53,064 nucleotides of DNA from an uncultured Planctomycetaceae bacterium (GTDB lineage: Bacteria; Planctomycetota; Planctomycetia; Pirellulales; Thermoguttaceae), in contig CAZDHR010000002.1 in NCBI GenBank assembly GCA_964505295.1, forward strand, positions 1 through 53,064, in the 5' to 3' direction. The notes below the pieces were generated by a model that worked only from the letters and a program-made list of their open reading frames with translations, made no database searches and was not told the DNA's origin. Position 1 is the stretch's first letter; every line of letters starts with the position of its first letter. Positions 10,201 to 22,200 of the stretch are shown piece after piece. The position numbers were made by a program, and so were the translations under genes.

Positions 10201-13200
10201 CGACGGACGAGCCAGGCTGTAGTAATCGGTGAAGTTGCCGCTGTCGAAGCCGATTTCGGCCCCGCCCCCGCCGAATCCCCCCGCGCCGCCGTCACTGTCA
10301 CCCGTCGTCCACGACAGATCGACCACGTTGTCGCCGTTGGCGTCGTAGTAGTGGAACGCGACGATGTCGCCGCCGAGATCGTCCTCGATATGGAGCGCGA
10401 AGCTGTTGCGTGCGTCGGTATTGCTTCCACTCGTGCGATCGTTGTAGCCGACGTTGACCCAGTCCACCTGGACGAACGGGTTACCGCGCTCGGTGGTTCC
10501 GGTGGCCAGGTGGACGCTGCCGCCGTTGTCGCGCGTGTCCACGTCGGCCCAGAACGGGGCGATCATGGGCATGTACTGCGCGAACCCGGCGACTCCGGGA
10601 GTCCTCTGGTAAGGCCCGAGGAACGTGATGTTCCCGTTGTTGTTGATGTAGAACCGGTCGTACGTCTGCCCGTAGAACTCGAAGTCGAACCCGAACGAAA
10701 TCGCGCTGGAGTAAAGGTTGTCGTTGGCCGACACGTTGTTATACGGCACGCCGTCGCTGTCGTAGCCCGACATCAGGACGCCGACGCCCGGGGAGACCGG
10801 CTCGATCACGGGAGCAACCCCGCTGGAGGCCGGCTCTTGATCCCAAACGCCGTCGCCGTCCAGGTCGTTGAACACGTAACCGCCGATCGACGCGTCGCCG
10901 ACCTCGATGTGGACTCGATAGTCCTCGACCTCGCCGGGGGCGTCGGACCCACCCGTCGGAGACTCGACTTCGGTGTCAACCGAACTGAACCGGAACCGAG
11001 CGAAGGTCGTCAAGGCGTTCAGGCTCGACGGCACGACCAGCCTTTGCGCGTCCACTTCCGGCATCGCGAGCAAGTCGGCCAGATCGTAAGTCGTCGTGAC
11101 TCCCGTCGTCCCCAAGGGCACCGCGGAGAGAATCTCTTCCCAGATCTCGTTGCCTTGGGCGTCGGTGTAGGCACTCTCGGCCCAAACGTTGTCTTGGTTG
11201 TAATCAACCCAAGCGCTTAGGTAGCCCTCGCCGGTGACCGTTACCTGCAAGCCCTCGATATGGTTGCCCACAGCGAACCGGGTCCAGGTAACGCCGTCTT
11301 CGTCGTCGCCGTACGCTGGGTCCGCGGCGAACTCATCGTTGTCGTCGCCCTCGGCGATCGCGTCCGGCTGGCCGTCGGCCTCGGGGTCGACCAAGTAACC
11401 GAGGTATATCTCTTCCGAAACCGCATGGCTGGCACCGTCGTCGGCAGCCAGCGTCACATAGGGCAGGGGCGCGTCGCCGAAATCGAGCCCACTATCATCG
11501 TTGAGGATCACGATCTCGGCTTCGTCTTGCTCGATTACGACTTCCTCGACGGCGACCGTGTTCAGGTCCACCACGTCGGCGCCGTCGATGATCAGGCTGA
11601 ACGGCTCATCGTACTCGACGTCCGTGTCGCCGAATACGACCAGCGGAATCGTGACCGTCACTTCCGGCTTGGCCCGCGTGGCCACGATCAGCCGGTACAC
11701 TTCGCCGTCCAAGGCCCGCCAAACCACCAAATCCTCACTGACGACAGGATATCGGTCTTCCAGGTCGAAATCGGCGGAAACGTTCTGTGAAGCCATCGCC
11801 GTATCCAACCCGCGGTACATGACTTCCCAGTTGCCCCCGAGTTGCTCCGACTCCCACACGACCTGATCGCCTTTGATCTGGGGATTCCCGTCGTCGAAGT
11901 AGGCATTGGCGGAGACGTTGACCTTCGCCCCGGAAGACACTTGGTAGCGGAAGATGTCCCAGTCTCCGCGGCCGCTCGGATCGGAGTCGTAGCCCTGCCA
12001 CACCACGTTGTCCCCAGACACCTCGGGCGTGTTGTCGTTGTACGCGTTATCCGTGATCCGGGTGAACGTCTCCGATTCGATCTGGTAAAGGAAGATCTCG
12101 TAGTCGCCGCCGTCGTGGCCTCTCCAAACCACGTTGGAGCCGTCGATCCGAGGCGAGCGATCCGTCAAGGTGTTGGTGGTGATCGCAGTAACGGCGGGCG
12201 TGCTGGAATCGCCGTCGGTATCGTTGTGCAGATTGTAGAGGTAGATCTCGAAGTCCTTGCCGTCGTCCCCGTACCACACGACGACGGTATTGGTGACCGC
12301 CGCGCCGCCGGAGCCTATCTGGTAGCTGGAAATCTGCGGCTCGAAGTCGTCCAGACCGGCATGGTCGTAGATCCGGTCGGAGAGGTTGGCTATCCCACGC
12401 GTGCCGACGTCGTAGAGGTAGACTTCACGGTCGGTAGCGGTCTCGCCCCACCACGTCACGTAGGAGCCCGACACCTGGGGGTCGCCCACCTCAAAGAGAG
12501 TGTGGGTCACTTGGGTCGTGGCCCCGGTGTTGATGTCGTAAAGGAAGATCTGCGAATCGTCGCCCGTACCGCCGGTACCGAACACGCCGTCGTGGCCGAC
12601 CCAGGTCACGTAGCCAGTCGCCCCGTCCTCCGACACGTACATGTTCACGGCGTAATCGTCCGTGTCATTACGGGTGATCTGGATGACGGCGTCGGTCTTG
12701 GCGTCATAGAGGAAGATTTCCGTATCCTCGGTGCCGGTGCCACTGCTCCAAACGACGTAGTCCTCTGAGACGGCGTACGACGACACTCCTCCCGGAAGCT
12801 GGATGGAGCCGTCCCGCGTCGCCGGGGATGTCGTGTCTTCCTTGGTACGAAAATAGCGCGGCGCGTCCTTCTCCTCGACCGGGCCCGACGTGCCTCCCGC
12901 GGAATGGGAAACGACCATTTGCTGAAGGAAGTCGTCCCACTGCGTGTCGGCGACGAACTCCAGGGTCGAGTTGTATGCGGAGTGGACCGTGTCGCCCTCA
13001 GCGGGCAGGTAAATCGACAAACCGGTCGCGGTGTAGTACGCGCCGGAGTACACCTCCACCACGGCGGCGTCCACCGCCGCCTTCACCTGGCCCGCGGCCG
13101 TGACGATCGCCGGAGCCACCGACGCGGCCTCCACCAGGCTCATGAAATGGCCCAGATCGCGGAACTCGGGATCGCCGAACCCCTGGGCCGCGTCGCGCGC

Positions 13201-16200
13201 GGCTTGCACGGCATTCCAGTCCGCCGTGGTGGCCGACGTAATCATCAATTCGGCGAACCCCTCCAACTCGCCGACCAAACCCGTGGTTGCGCTGCCGAGT
13301 TGGCTGAGGTCCGTCGCCGTGAACGTATCCGTCGGATATCGCAACGCGTAGGCGTCGACGATCACGCTTCCCAGCGCGGCGGCGTCCATTCCGGGGTCGC
13401 TCACCAGCGGCCCGAGGATGTTCTGATACTCCCATCCGTCCCAGGGCTCCGTCTCCTCGCAGGCCGCCATGACGTCCGCCTCGTTGCCAAGCTGATAGGC
13501 GATTTCGGTCATGCTCATCAAGCAGGCGTCGAAACCAACGACCTGCAAGTGGGGAAGTGCGTCCATCGCCACGGCCAACTCGTCCATTTCGAGATTGTCG
13601 AAACTCGTGTCGTCGTAGCAGAAGCCGTAATACCCGCTCCCATGGTCCCAGAACACCAGAGCGTAATTCGACGACGGGTACTCGGTCATCGCCCAGTCGA
13701 CGAAGTCGACGACCGTGTCCGGGTTGCCCATGTTGACCTCTCCAAGGCCGATGCCCCAGTTGCCGTCGGGGACATCGCCGGCCTCGACCAGGCCTCGCCG
13801 CGCGCCGGTCCAGTTGCCGTATCGGGTGTCATAACCGAAGATGCGGTCGAACTGGACGACGACGTTCACGTCGCCAGTGGAGCCGACGCTGGCCATTTCC
13901 AGGAAGTCGTCGATCGCGGCGTCCTCCAGGTTGCAGTCGCCGTCCAGGTAGACCATGAACGTCCAACCGACCGCCGCCGCCGAGCTTCCCCCGCCGAGCA
14001 CCGCGATCGATTCCGAGGTCCACGCTCCCAGCGGCGGACTCTGCGGGTCGATGGTGACCTGCTCCGCGTACGCCGGATCCGACGGAAGCACCGCCGTATC
14101 GGCGTCCTGGTAGTCGTCGCCGCCCTCGGCGCCATTGGGCGGATCGCCGTCTTCGGTGTGGTAGTCAAGCGTGATCTCGGCCCCGAACGATTCGGTCACG
14201 TGTACCGTGACCTCGACCGGCGTTTCTCCCAAGTCTCCTTCGCCCACCCAAACGTCGGAGACCGCGATCACGGGCTTCCGGAAGTTGCCGAAGTTCGCGA
14301 TGCTGAACAGCTCTCCGTCCTCCAGGTAAACCCCGTAGGACCCTTCTCCCGTCGTCCCGTCCACTTGACTGAACGACGTAATGTCTTCCAGCGGGCTGCT
14401 GGTGTGCTGGGAGAACTCTACGGCGGCGTCGCCGACAGCCCTCAAGATTACGGAATTACCCGTTACCGATGCGGAGACGTCCAGCCTCCCCACACGGTTC
14501 ACCGCGCCTGCGATGGCCGTGGCGACCTGCGCCGCGGTGGTGGCGCCGCTCACGTTGACGAGCACGTTGGTCGAACCCGAGTTCCCGTCGCCGTTCAGGT
14601 CGAACTCGAACCGGACGCGGTCAGTCCCGTCGAACACCTCGAACCACTCGGATTCCTCGAGGTCCTGCTTCTCGACGGTCTGGATTTGCAGGACGCCGGT
14701 AGGCACGTACTCGTCTTGATTCGGATACGTCTGAAGCCAGTCGCTCCAGGCATCCAGACCCGGAATCTCGGCCTGAAGCCGTCCGAGTTCCGTGGGCTCG
14801 ATGTCTACTTCCTCGCGGACCACGAAATAAGGCGTCGCGAGGCCCGGATACTCGCTGCTGGCCAACAGCCTGTCGAACTCATAGTAGCCCGTTTCGTCCA
14901 CGTCGGACGTGGACAGATCGTCCTCCGTGGTGAGCGTCCACGGTTCCGGGACTACACCGTTCGGGAGGTCGTAATCGAAGTCGAGACTTCCGTTGTCGTT
15001 GAGGTCCAGGTAAACGAGCGCGCCGGCCAAGCCGGGCTCGGGGTCAATGGGCACGCCGGCGGTCGGGTCGATCCGGAAGGAGTACTGCTCGATCTGAAGC
15101 AATTCCGACAGGGTCATTGGATCGTCGGGCCGCATCACGCTGAGGTAGTGAGCGCCGTCGCCGGCGTCGAACCCGATCTGAGCGCCCTGCCCTCCGAACC
15201 CGTTGCCGGTCCCCGACCGGTCGCCGGTGGTCCACTCCATCGCCGCGTACTGGAAGATCACAATATCGCCTGCCGCATCGTCCTCGATGTACACCGAGAA
15301 CGTGTTGCGAGCGTCCGTGTTGCCCGAGTCGGTCTGATCGTAGTATCCCACGTCGATCCAGTCGACCTGGACGTACGGCTTGTCGCGCTCGCTGGTCCCC
15401 GTCGACCACCGCACTTCGCCGGCCCCGTTTCGCGTGTCCACGTCGGCCCAGAACGGAGCGATAATCGGGGTGGACTGGGGGAATCCGTCCGGCGAGAAGT
15501 CGCCCAGCGAATCCTCGAACGTGATGTTCCCGTTGTTGTTGATGTAGAACTGGGTGTACGTATTCCCATAGAACTCGAACGAGAAGCCCAGGTCGAGAAG
15601 ATCCGACGACAGGTCGTCGTTCGGGCCGACGTTCGTGTGGATCATACCGTCGCTGTCCCTGCCCGACATGAGCACCTGTTGGCCCGACCCGAGCGTGTTC
15701 AACGTGACCGCCGGCACGGAGATCGGCTTGCCCTCGGTGTTCCAGACGCCGTCGCCATTGACGTCGTCGAACTTGTAGCCGCTAATCTTGCCCTCGCCGA
15801 CCTCGATCGGGACCTGATAGTCCTCCACCTCGCCGAACGCCACCTCAAATCGCTCGGTGTCGGAATTCCAGAACCAGTATGCTGCGGTCGGAGATGCAAC
15901 GGCTTCCTCGATCGAACTGAGCCGGAACCGGGCATACGTGGTCATGTCGCCCAACTCGGCCGGGATGTAGACGTAGAACGTGCGAGTTGGCTGGCTGCCG
16001 TCGAAGTACCGTTGGTCTTCAGGGATAATCTCTTCGGAGATCGGGTTGCCGTCGGGGTCGAGATAGCCCGTGTCACCGTCCCAGACGCCGTCCCCGTTGA
16101 AGTCGATCCACGCATTCACGTAGCCGACGCCCGTCACGGTCACCTCGAACGTGGCGATCTGGCCCGGTGCCAGCCGGTCCCAGGTGACTCCGTCCTCGTC

Positions 16201-19200
16201 GTTTTCGCCGAGCTGCTGCCAGTAGACGTCCCGGTCGTCGCCCAGCGCGTTGCCGGCGGATAGCTGGCCGTCGGACTCGGGGTCGAGCAACGTGCCCAGG
16301 CACAACTCGACGTTTTCGTAGTTGCTGTCCCATTTGATTTGATGGTAGGCGCCGCCGTCGGCCAACAAGGTGGCATAGGGCGCCGGCGCGTCCCCGAAGT
16401 CCAATCCGACGTCGTCGTTGCGAATCTCGATTTCGGCCGTTCCGTCGTCGACCAGCACACTGCCGGTAATCGTGGTGCCGTCCTCAGGATCGACGACTTC
16501 CGCTCCCGTAACGTGCAGCAAGAACCATTCGTCCGGCTCCGGCGTGTAGTCGCCGATGACGTTCAACTGGATGGTCGCGGTCACAACCGGCTCAGCCTGC
16601 CTGGCCACCATCAGCCGATAGTCCGCGCCGTCGTAGGCTCGCCACACGACGAGGCTGTCGCTGAGGAGCGGATAGCGGTCCTCGCCGGCCGAATCCTGCG
16701 ATACGTTCTGCGGGATCGCTTCGGATCCCAGCCTGGTGTGCATGATCTCCCAGTTGTCGCCCAGGTGGTTCGACTCCCAAACTACCTGGTCGCCGATGAT
16801 TTGGGGATTGGCGTCCTCCAGCGAGGCGTTCGACGAGACGTTCGTCCTTGCCCGAGTGGGAATGTGATAACGGAAGATGTCCCAGTCACCGCGGTCGCCG
16901 GGCAGCACGCCGTCGTAGCCCTGCCAGACGACGTTGGAGCCGGAAATCTGTGGCGTATTGTCGTCGTTGTCGTTGGGGAGGTTGACCTGGGTGGTCGTGC
17001 CGGTGCCCGTGGCCGGGTCGTACTCGAACAGGAAGATCTCGTAGTCGTTGCCGTCGTAACCTCTCCAGACCACGTTGTTTCCGTCGATTTGCGCCCAGCC
17101 GTCCGTCACCGTATTGCGGGTCACCTCGACCACGCGATCGGCACCGGCGTCGTACAGGTAGATCTCGTAGTCCTTTCCATCGTATCCCTGCCAGACGACG
17201 TTGGAACCGGAAATCTGCGGGTCGTAATCGTCCAGCCCGGCGTGATCGTAGACCTCTGCTGAGATGTTCAGGGTGGTGTCTGCGGCAATGTCGTACAGAT
17301 AGATTTCCCGGTCGAGCGCCGTATCGCCCCACCAGACCACGTGCGTACCCGACACTTGCGGATCGCCGACGGCATAGGGGGTGTCGGTAAGCTGGGTACT
17401 CAGCCCCGTGTTGACGTCGTATAGGTAGATCTGGGAATCGTCGCGGGTCCCGCCGGCGCCGAGGTCGCCGTCGTGGCCGACCCAAACCACGTACGAGCCG
17501 GAGATTCGCGGCGACTCGTCGTCCGTTTCGTTGGCGGTAAGCTGGCGCATCGTCTCGGTGGCGGCGTCGTAAAGGAAGATGTCCAGGTCGTCTCCGTCCG
17601 TGGCCTCCCAGACGACGCGATCGCCGGATACGTCGTAGTAATACTCCGCCTCCGCCTCCTCCTCCATGATCAGCCCGGTGGTCGGATCGATCCGGACGAC
17701 CCACTGGCCCATCGCGTTGAGCACGTCCAGGTCCGCCCGGCTGTTGGGCCGCGGCAGGCCCTGGTAGTTGAGCCCGTCGCCGGAATCGAAGCCGATCTGG
17801 GCGCCTTCTCCGCCGAAGCCGCCCATCCCCTCGGCGTCGCCGGTGGTCCACTCCATGTTGTCGTACACGAAGGCGACGATGTCGCCCATCGGGTCATCCT
17901 CGATATAGAGCGTGAACGTGTTCGACCTGTCGGTCGTCGCATAGTAGTAGCCCACGTCGATCCAGTCGACCTGGATGTAGGCGTGGCCGTCGGCCGTCAC
18001 GCCCTGGGCTAACCGGACCTCTCCGCCTAGCTCACCGGTCTGCCAATCGGGGCGGGTGTCGACGTCGGCCCAGAACGGGGCGACGATCGGCGTGCTCTGC
18101 GGGAACCCGGCCGCTACGTAGGTCCCCAACGCCTGCGTGAACGTGATGTTGCCGTTGTTGTTGACGTAGAACTGCGTGAAGTTATTGCCGTAGAACTCGA
18201 ACGTGAAGCCCAGGTCAAGAAGCGCCGACGACAAATCGTCATTGGCGTACACGCCGGTGTACTGGAAGCCGTCACTGTCCCAGCCGGACATAGGAACCTG
18301 ACTACCTGGGGCCACGAGTTCGAAGTCAGGCGCTCCGGCGACCGCCTCCCGGGGATAAAGATTCCCGAGCGCTTCGGAACTCCAGACGCCCAGCGGCTCC
18401 TCCTGCGGTTCGATGATGAACGACTCGTAGTCCGGGTCCGTGGGATCCACCGCTTCGTAGTCGGCATCCGGATCGGGATAGGGGTCCTCCGTTTCGTTGT
18501 CGATCCCGTCGACGGCCGTGTCGTCCTCGGTCTGGTAGTCGATCTGGATCGTCGAGCCGAACGACTTGGTCACGTTGACCGTCACGTCGACCGTGGTCAC
18601 TCCCACGTCGCCTTCGTCCACCGAAACGTCGTCGATGCTCACGTGCGGCTTCCGGAAGTTGCCGAAGTCGGCGCCGTAGCCGGGTCCGTCCGCCCCGAAG
18701 TGCTCGCCCGCACCCAATCGGACCACGTACGCGCCTCCGAGAGTGTACGAGCTGATGAGGGCGATCGGACTGGTCTCTTGCTCGTAGACAAGCGACGCGT
18801 CCTCGTCCGTGGCCGTCAGCCTCAAGGTCACCACGCCGGCCGACGCCACGGCGGAAACCTGGAGATTCGTCGCCGTGCCGACCGCCGTGGCGATCTTCCG
18901 CGCCACGTCGTCCACCATATCGGCATCGGTAACGCTGATTGCAATGCGCCCGCTCAAAACGTCCGCATTCCACGAAGGATCATCGGTCTTCTCGAACTCG
19001 AACTCCTGCGTCACGGTCCCGTCGCTGATCGAGAACCACTGACCGTCTCTCAGAGGCGAATCGGGGTCGTTCGCGGCAACGGCGTTGAGTTCCAGCGTGC
19101 CTTCCGGCACGTAGTCCGGCTCGCTGGAGAGGGGGTCCGGATACGTCTGGAACCACTCACTGAACCACTCACTGAAATTCACGAATTCTTCCGGCACAAA

Positions 19201-22200
19201 CGGGGCCAACTGCGCCAACTCCGCGGGATTCAGCTCCTCGCGGACGGTGTAGTTCCCGGCGAACAGCCCGGCGAACTCGTAGTAGCCCGTCTCGTCGACC
19301 CCCGGCGTGGACGGGTCGTCGTCCAGGGTGATCGTCCAGGGCTCGCTCGGCTCATCCTGGCCGTCTCCGTCGAGGTCTTCGAACGTGAGTTCCCCGTCGT
19401 TGTCGAGATCGAGGTAGACGACCGCTCCGGCGACGCCCGGCTCGGCCTCGACCGGCGTGCCCGTCGAGGGATCGATCCGGTATTCGTACCGCTCCACCTG
19501 CAGTAGCTCGGAGAGGTCCTCCAGGCTGGTGGGCCGCATCTCGCTGATCTCGCGGCCGGATCCATCGCCGGGATCGAAGCCGATCTGGGCGCCCAGCCCG
19601 CCCAAGCCGTCGGTGCCCGTCGTGTCGCCTGTGGTCCACTCCATCGCGTAGTACTGGAAGATGACGACGTCGCCGCGGGGGTCGTCTTCGATGTACAGCG
19701 AGAAGGCGTTGCGGGCGTCGGTGTTGTCGGGGTCGGTTCGATTGTAGTAGCCGACGTCGACCCAATCGACTTGGACAAACGGCCCGCCGCCCGACCTGGT
19801 GCCCTTGACCATCCGCACTTCGCCGCCCGTGTTCCCGGACGCGTCAGGCCGCGTGTCCACATCGGCCCAGAAGGGCGCCACGACCGGCGTCGACTGCGGG
19901 AAGCCCTGCGGGATGAACGTGCTCAACTCGTTTCCGAACGAAACGTTCCCGTTGTTGTTAACGAAGAACTGGGTGTAGGTGTTTCCGTAGAACTCGAACG
20001 AGAAGTCCAGGTCGAGCGGTAGCGACGACAGATCGTCGTTGGCGTACACGTCCGTGTACTCAACCCCATCGCTGTCCCACCCGGACATCGGCACGAGTGT
20101 ACCCGACCCGAAAGGCTCCAGGTTGATCACGGGAACCGTGCTGCCTTGGATCTTCCACTCGCCGTCGGCGTTTTCGTCGTCGAACTTCCACCCGCTGATC
20201 TTGCCGTAGCCCAGGCTAATCGTAACCTGGTAGTCCTCGACCTCGCCATCGGGCAAGTCTTCCTCCGCGGTGTCGGCCGGCGTGGTGGGTTCGAGCCCGG
20301 GCACGCTCGAGAAGCGGACCCGCATGAAGGTATCGATTGGGGTCAGGTCATCAGGCAACGGAAGAAGATCGATCTGTTGATTCGGGTCTTCGCTAGTGAG
20401 TTCGTAGTCCGGCGCGATTACCTGCTCGGAAACGAAGTTGCCGGTTTCTACGTCGTCGTATCCCGCCCAACTGCCGTCGCCGTTCAAATCGACCCAAACG
20501 TTGAGATAGCCGGGATGGTCGGCGTCCACCCCCACCGGGGTCACGAAGATTGAATTCGTCTCGGTGCTTCCCGCCCTGAGCAAATTGGCCAACAAGGGCT
20601 CCTTGGCCGGGTCGTCCGTCCCGATAAGCACGCCGTCCTCGTCGTCCAGATTGTCGTTGTCGTCCCCGGTGGCCGTGTCGTCCCACACGGCGTCGATCTC
20701 GGGGTCCAAACGTTCTCCCAGGTAGACGCTGGACGAGTGCGTGTGCCGCGCGCCGTCTTGCGCCTTGAGGGTCGGATAGCGAGGATCGCCATTCGGCCAG
20801 TAGGCCGGTGCATCGCCGTAGTCCATCACGTCGGAGGGCAGGATGGTGACCTGGTAGTCCTCGACCTCCCCGGTCTCGGCCTCGCCGAACGGCGTCAGCG
20901 TCACGAAGCCGGTGTCGCCGGGTTGGCCGGAGACGACGCGGAATCGGGCGATCGTGTCGCCCGTGCTCAGCCAACCCGTGGGATCAACAGCGTTATCATC
21001 GGTCGGCAGGGAGATCGTCAACGTATCGTACGCGGCGCTGCCGTCGAGAACGAGCCCCCCCGGAGTGATGAACTCGCTGTACCACTGGCCGCCGATCTGG
21101 ACTCGGTCATAGGCGCTCAGGTCGTTCGGATCGTAGTTCGGATCGAAGTCGTCATGGTCCGGGTCGAAGCGGTCCTCCTCCGCCATGAAGTTGCCATCGC
21201 CGTTGAGATCGATCCAGGCGTAGAGCGTGGCGTCCGTGCCCGACGCGATCGTGCTGTAAACCCGAACGTCCACGTCCTCACCGGCAATCAACGGCTCGTA
21301 GGAGAAATCGATGCCGTCCTCGTCGTTGATCGCGGAATCGTCGTCGTCACCGGTTGCGTCCGAGGTCGGGATGCCGTTGGTCTCCGCGTCGATTTGCGAC
21401 CCCAGGTAGACCGTGTCCGCGACGATCTTGTGGCTGGGACCATCCCAACCGGTCTGACCCTCCACGAGCAGTCTGGTCACGTAGCTGTTCGGGGCGTCGC
21501 CGAAGTCGCGCAAGGCCGTGACGATATCGAGCTGGTAGTCTTCCACTTCGCCGTCGGGCAAGTCTTCCACCTCGGCGCCGGCCGGCGTGGTGGGAGCAAG
21601 AGGGCCATGTTCCTGGTAATACTCATCGCTATAGAAGCGGAAGCGGCCGAACGTGGCCATCTCCTCCTGCGTGTCGTTCGCCTCCAAGACGAGGTAGAAG
21701 CGGTTTTTGCCTGCGATGACCTGGATGGAGTCGGCACTGGTGTATTCGGTCTCACCCGTCTGGAAGTCCCCGTCCTGGTTCAAGTCGGTCCAGACGTGGA
21801 TCTTTTCGCTGTCCGTGCCGTCGTTGTCCCAGATGCCGTCGCCGTTGAGGTCGATCCAGGCGTCCAACCACCCGTCGGCCGAGGCGGTCACCGTAAACCC
21901 GACGTAGTTCGTCACGTCGGTGATCAACAGGCCGCTGTCGAACTTGATGCCGTCGTCGTACGAGTCGCCGGAGGCGTCCGCGTTCGGCTGGCCGTCGGCC
22001 TCGAAACTGACCCCACTGCCCAGGTACATGTTGGGAACGACGCGGTGCCGGGCGCCGTCGTTTTCGAGAAGGGTCGGATACTGCCCCGGAGTCACGTCGA
22101 GCGGATCGGGCGCGTCGCCGTAGTCGAAGCCCAAAAGGCTGACGAGGAACTGCGTCGAGCCGGCGGCGAGCGGGTCGCTCGTGCTGTTCGGCCGGGTCGG

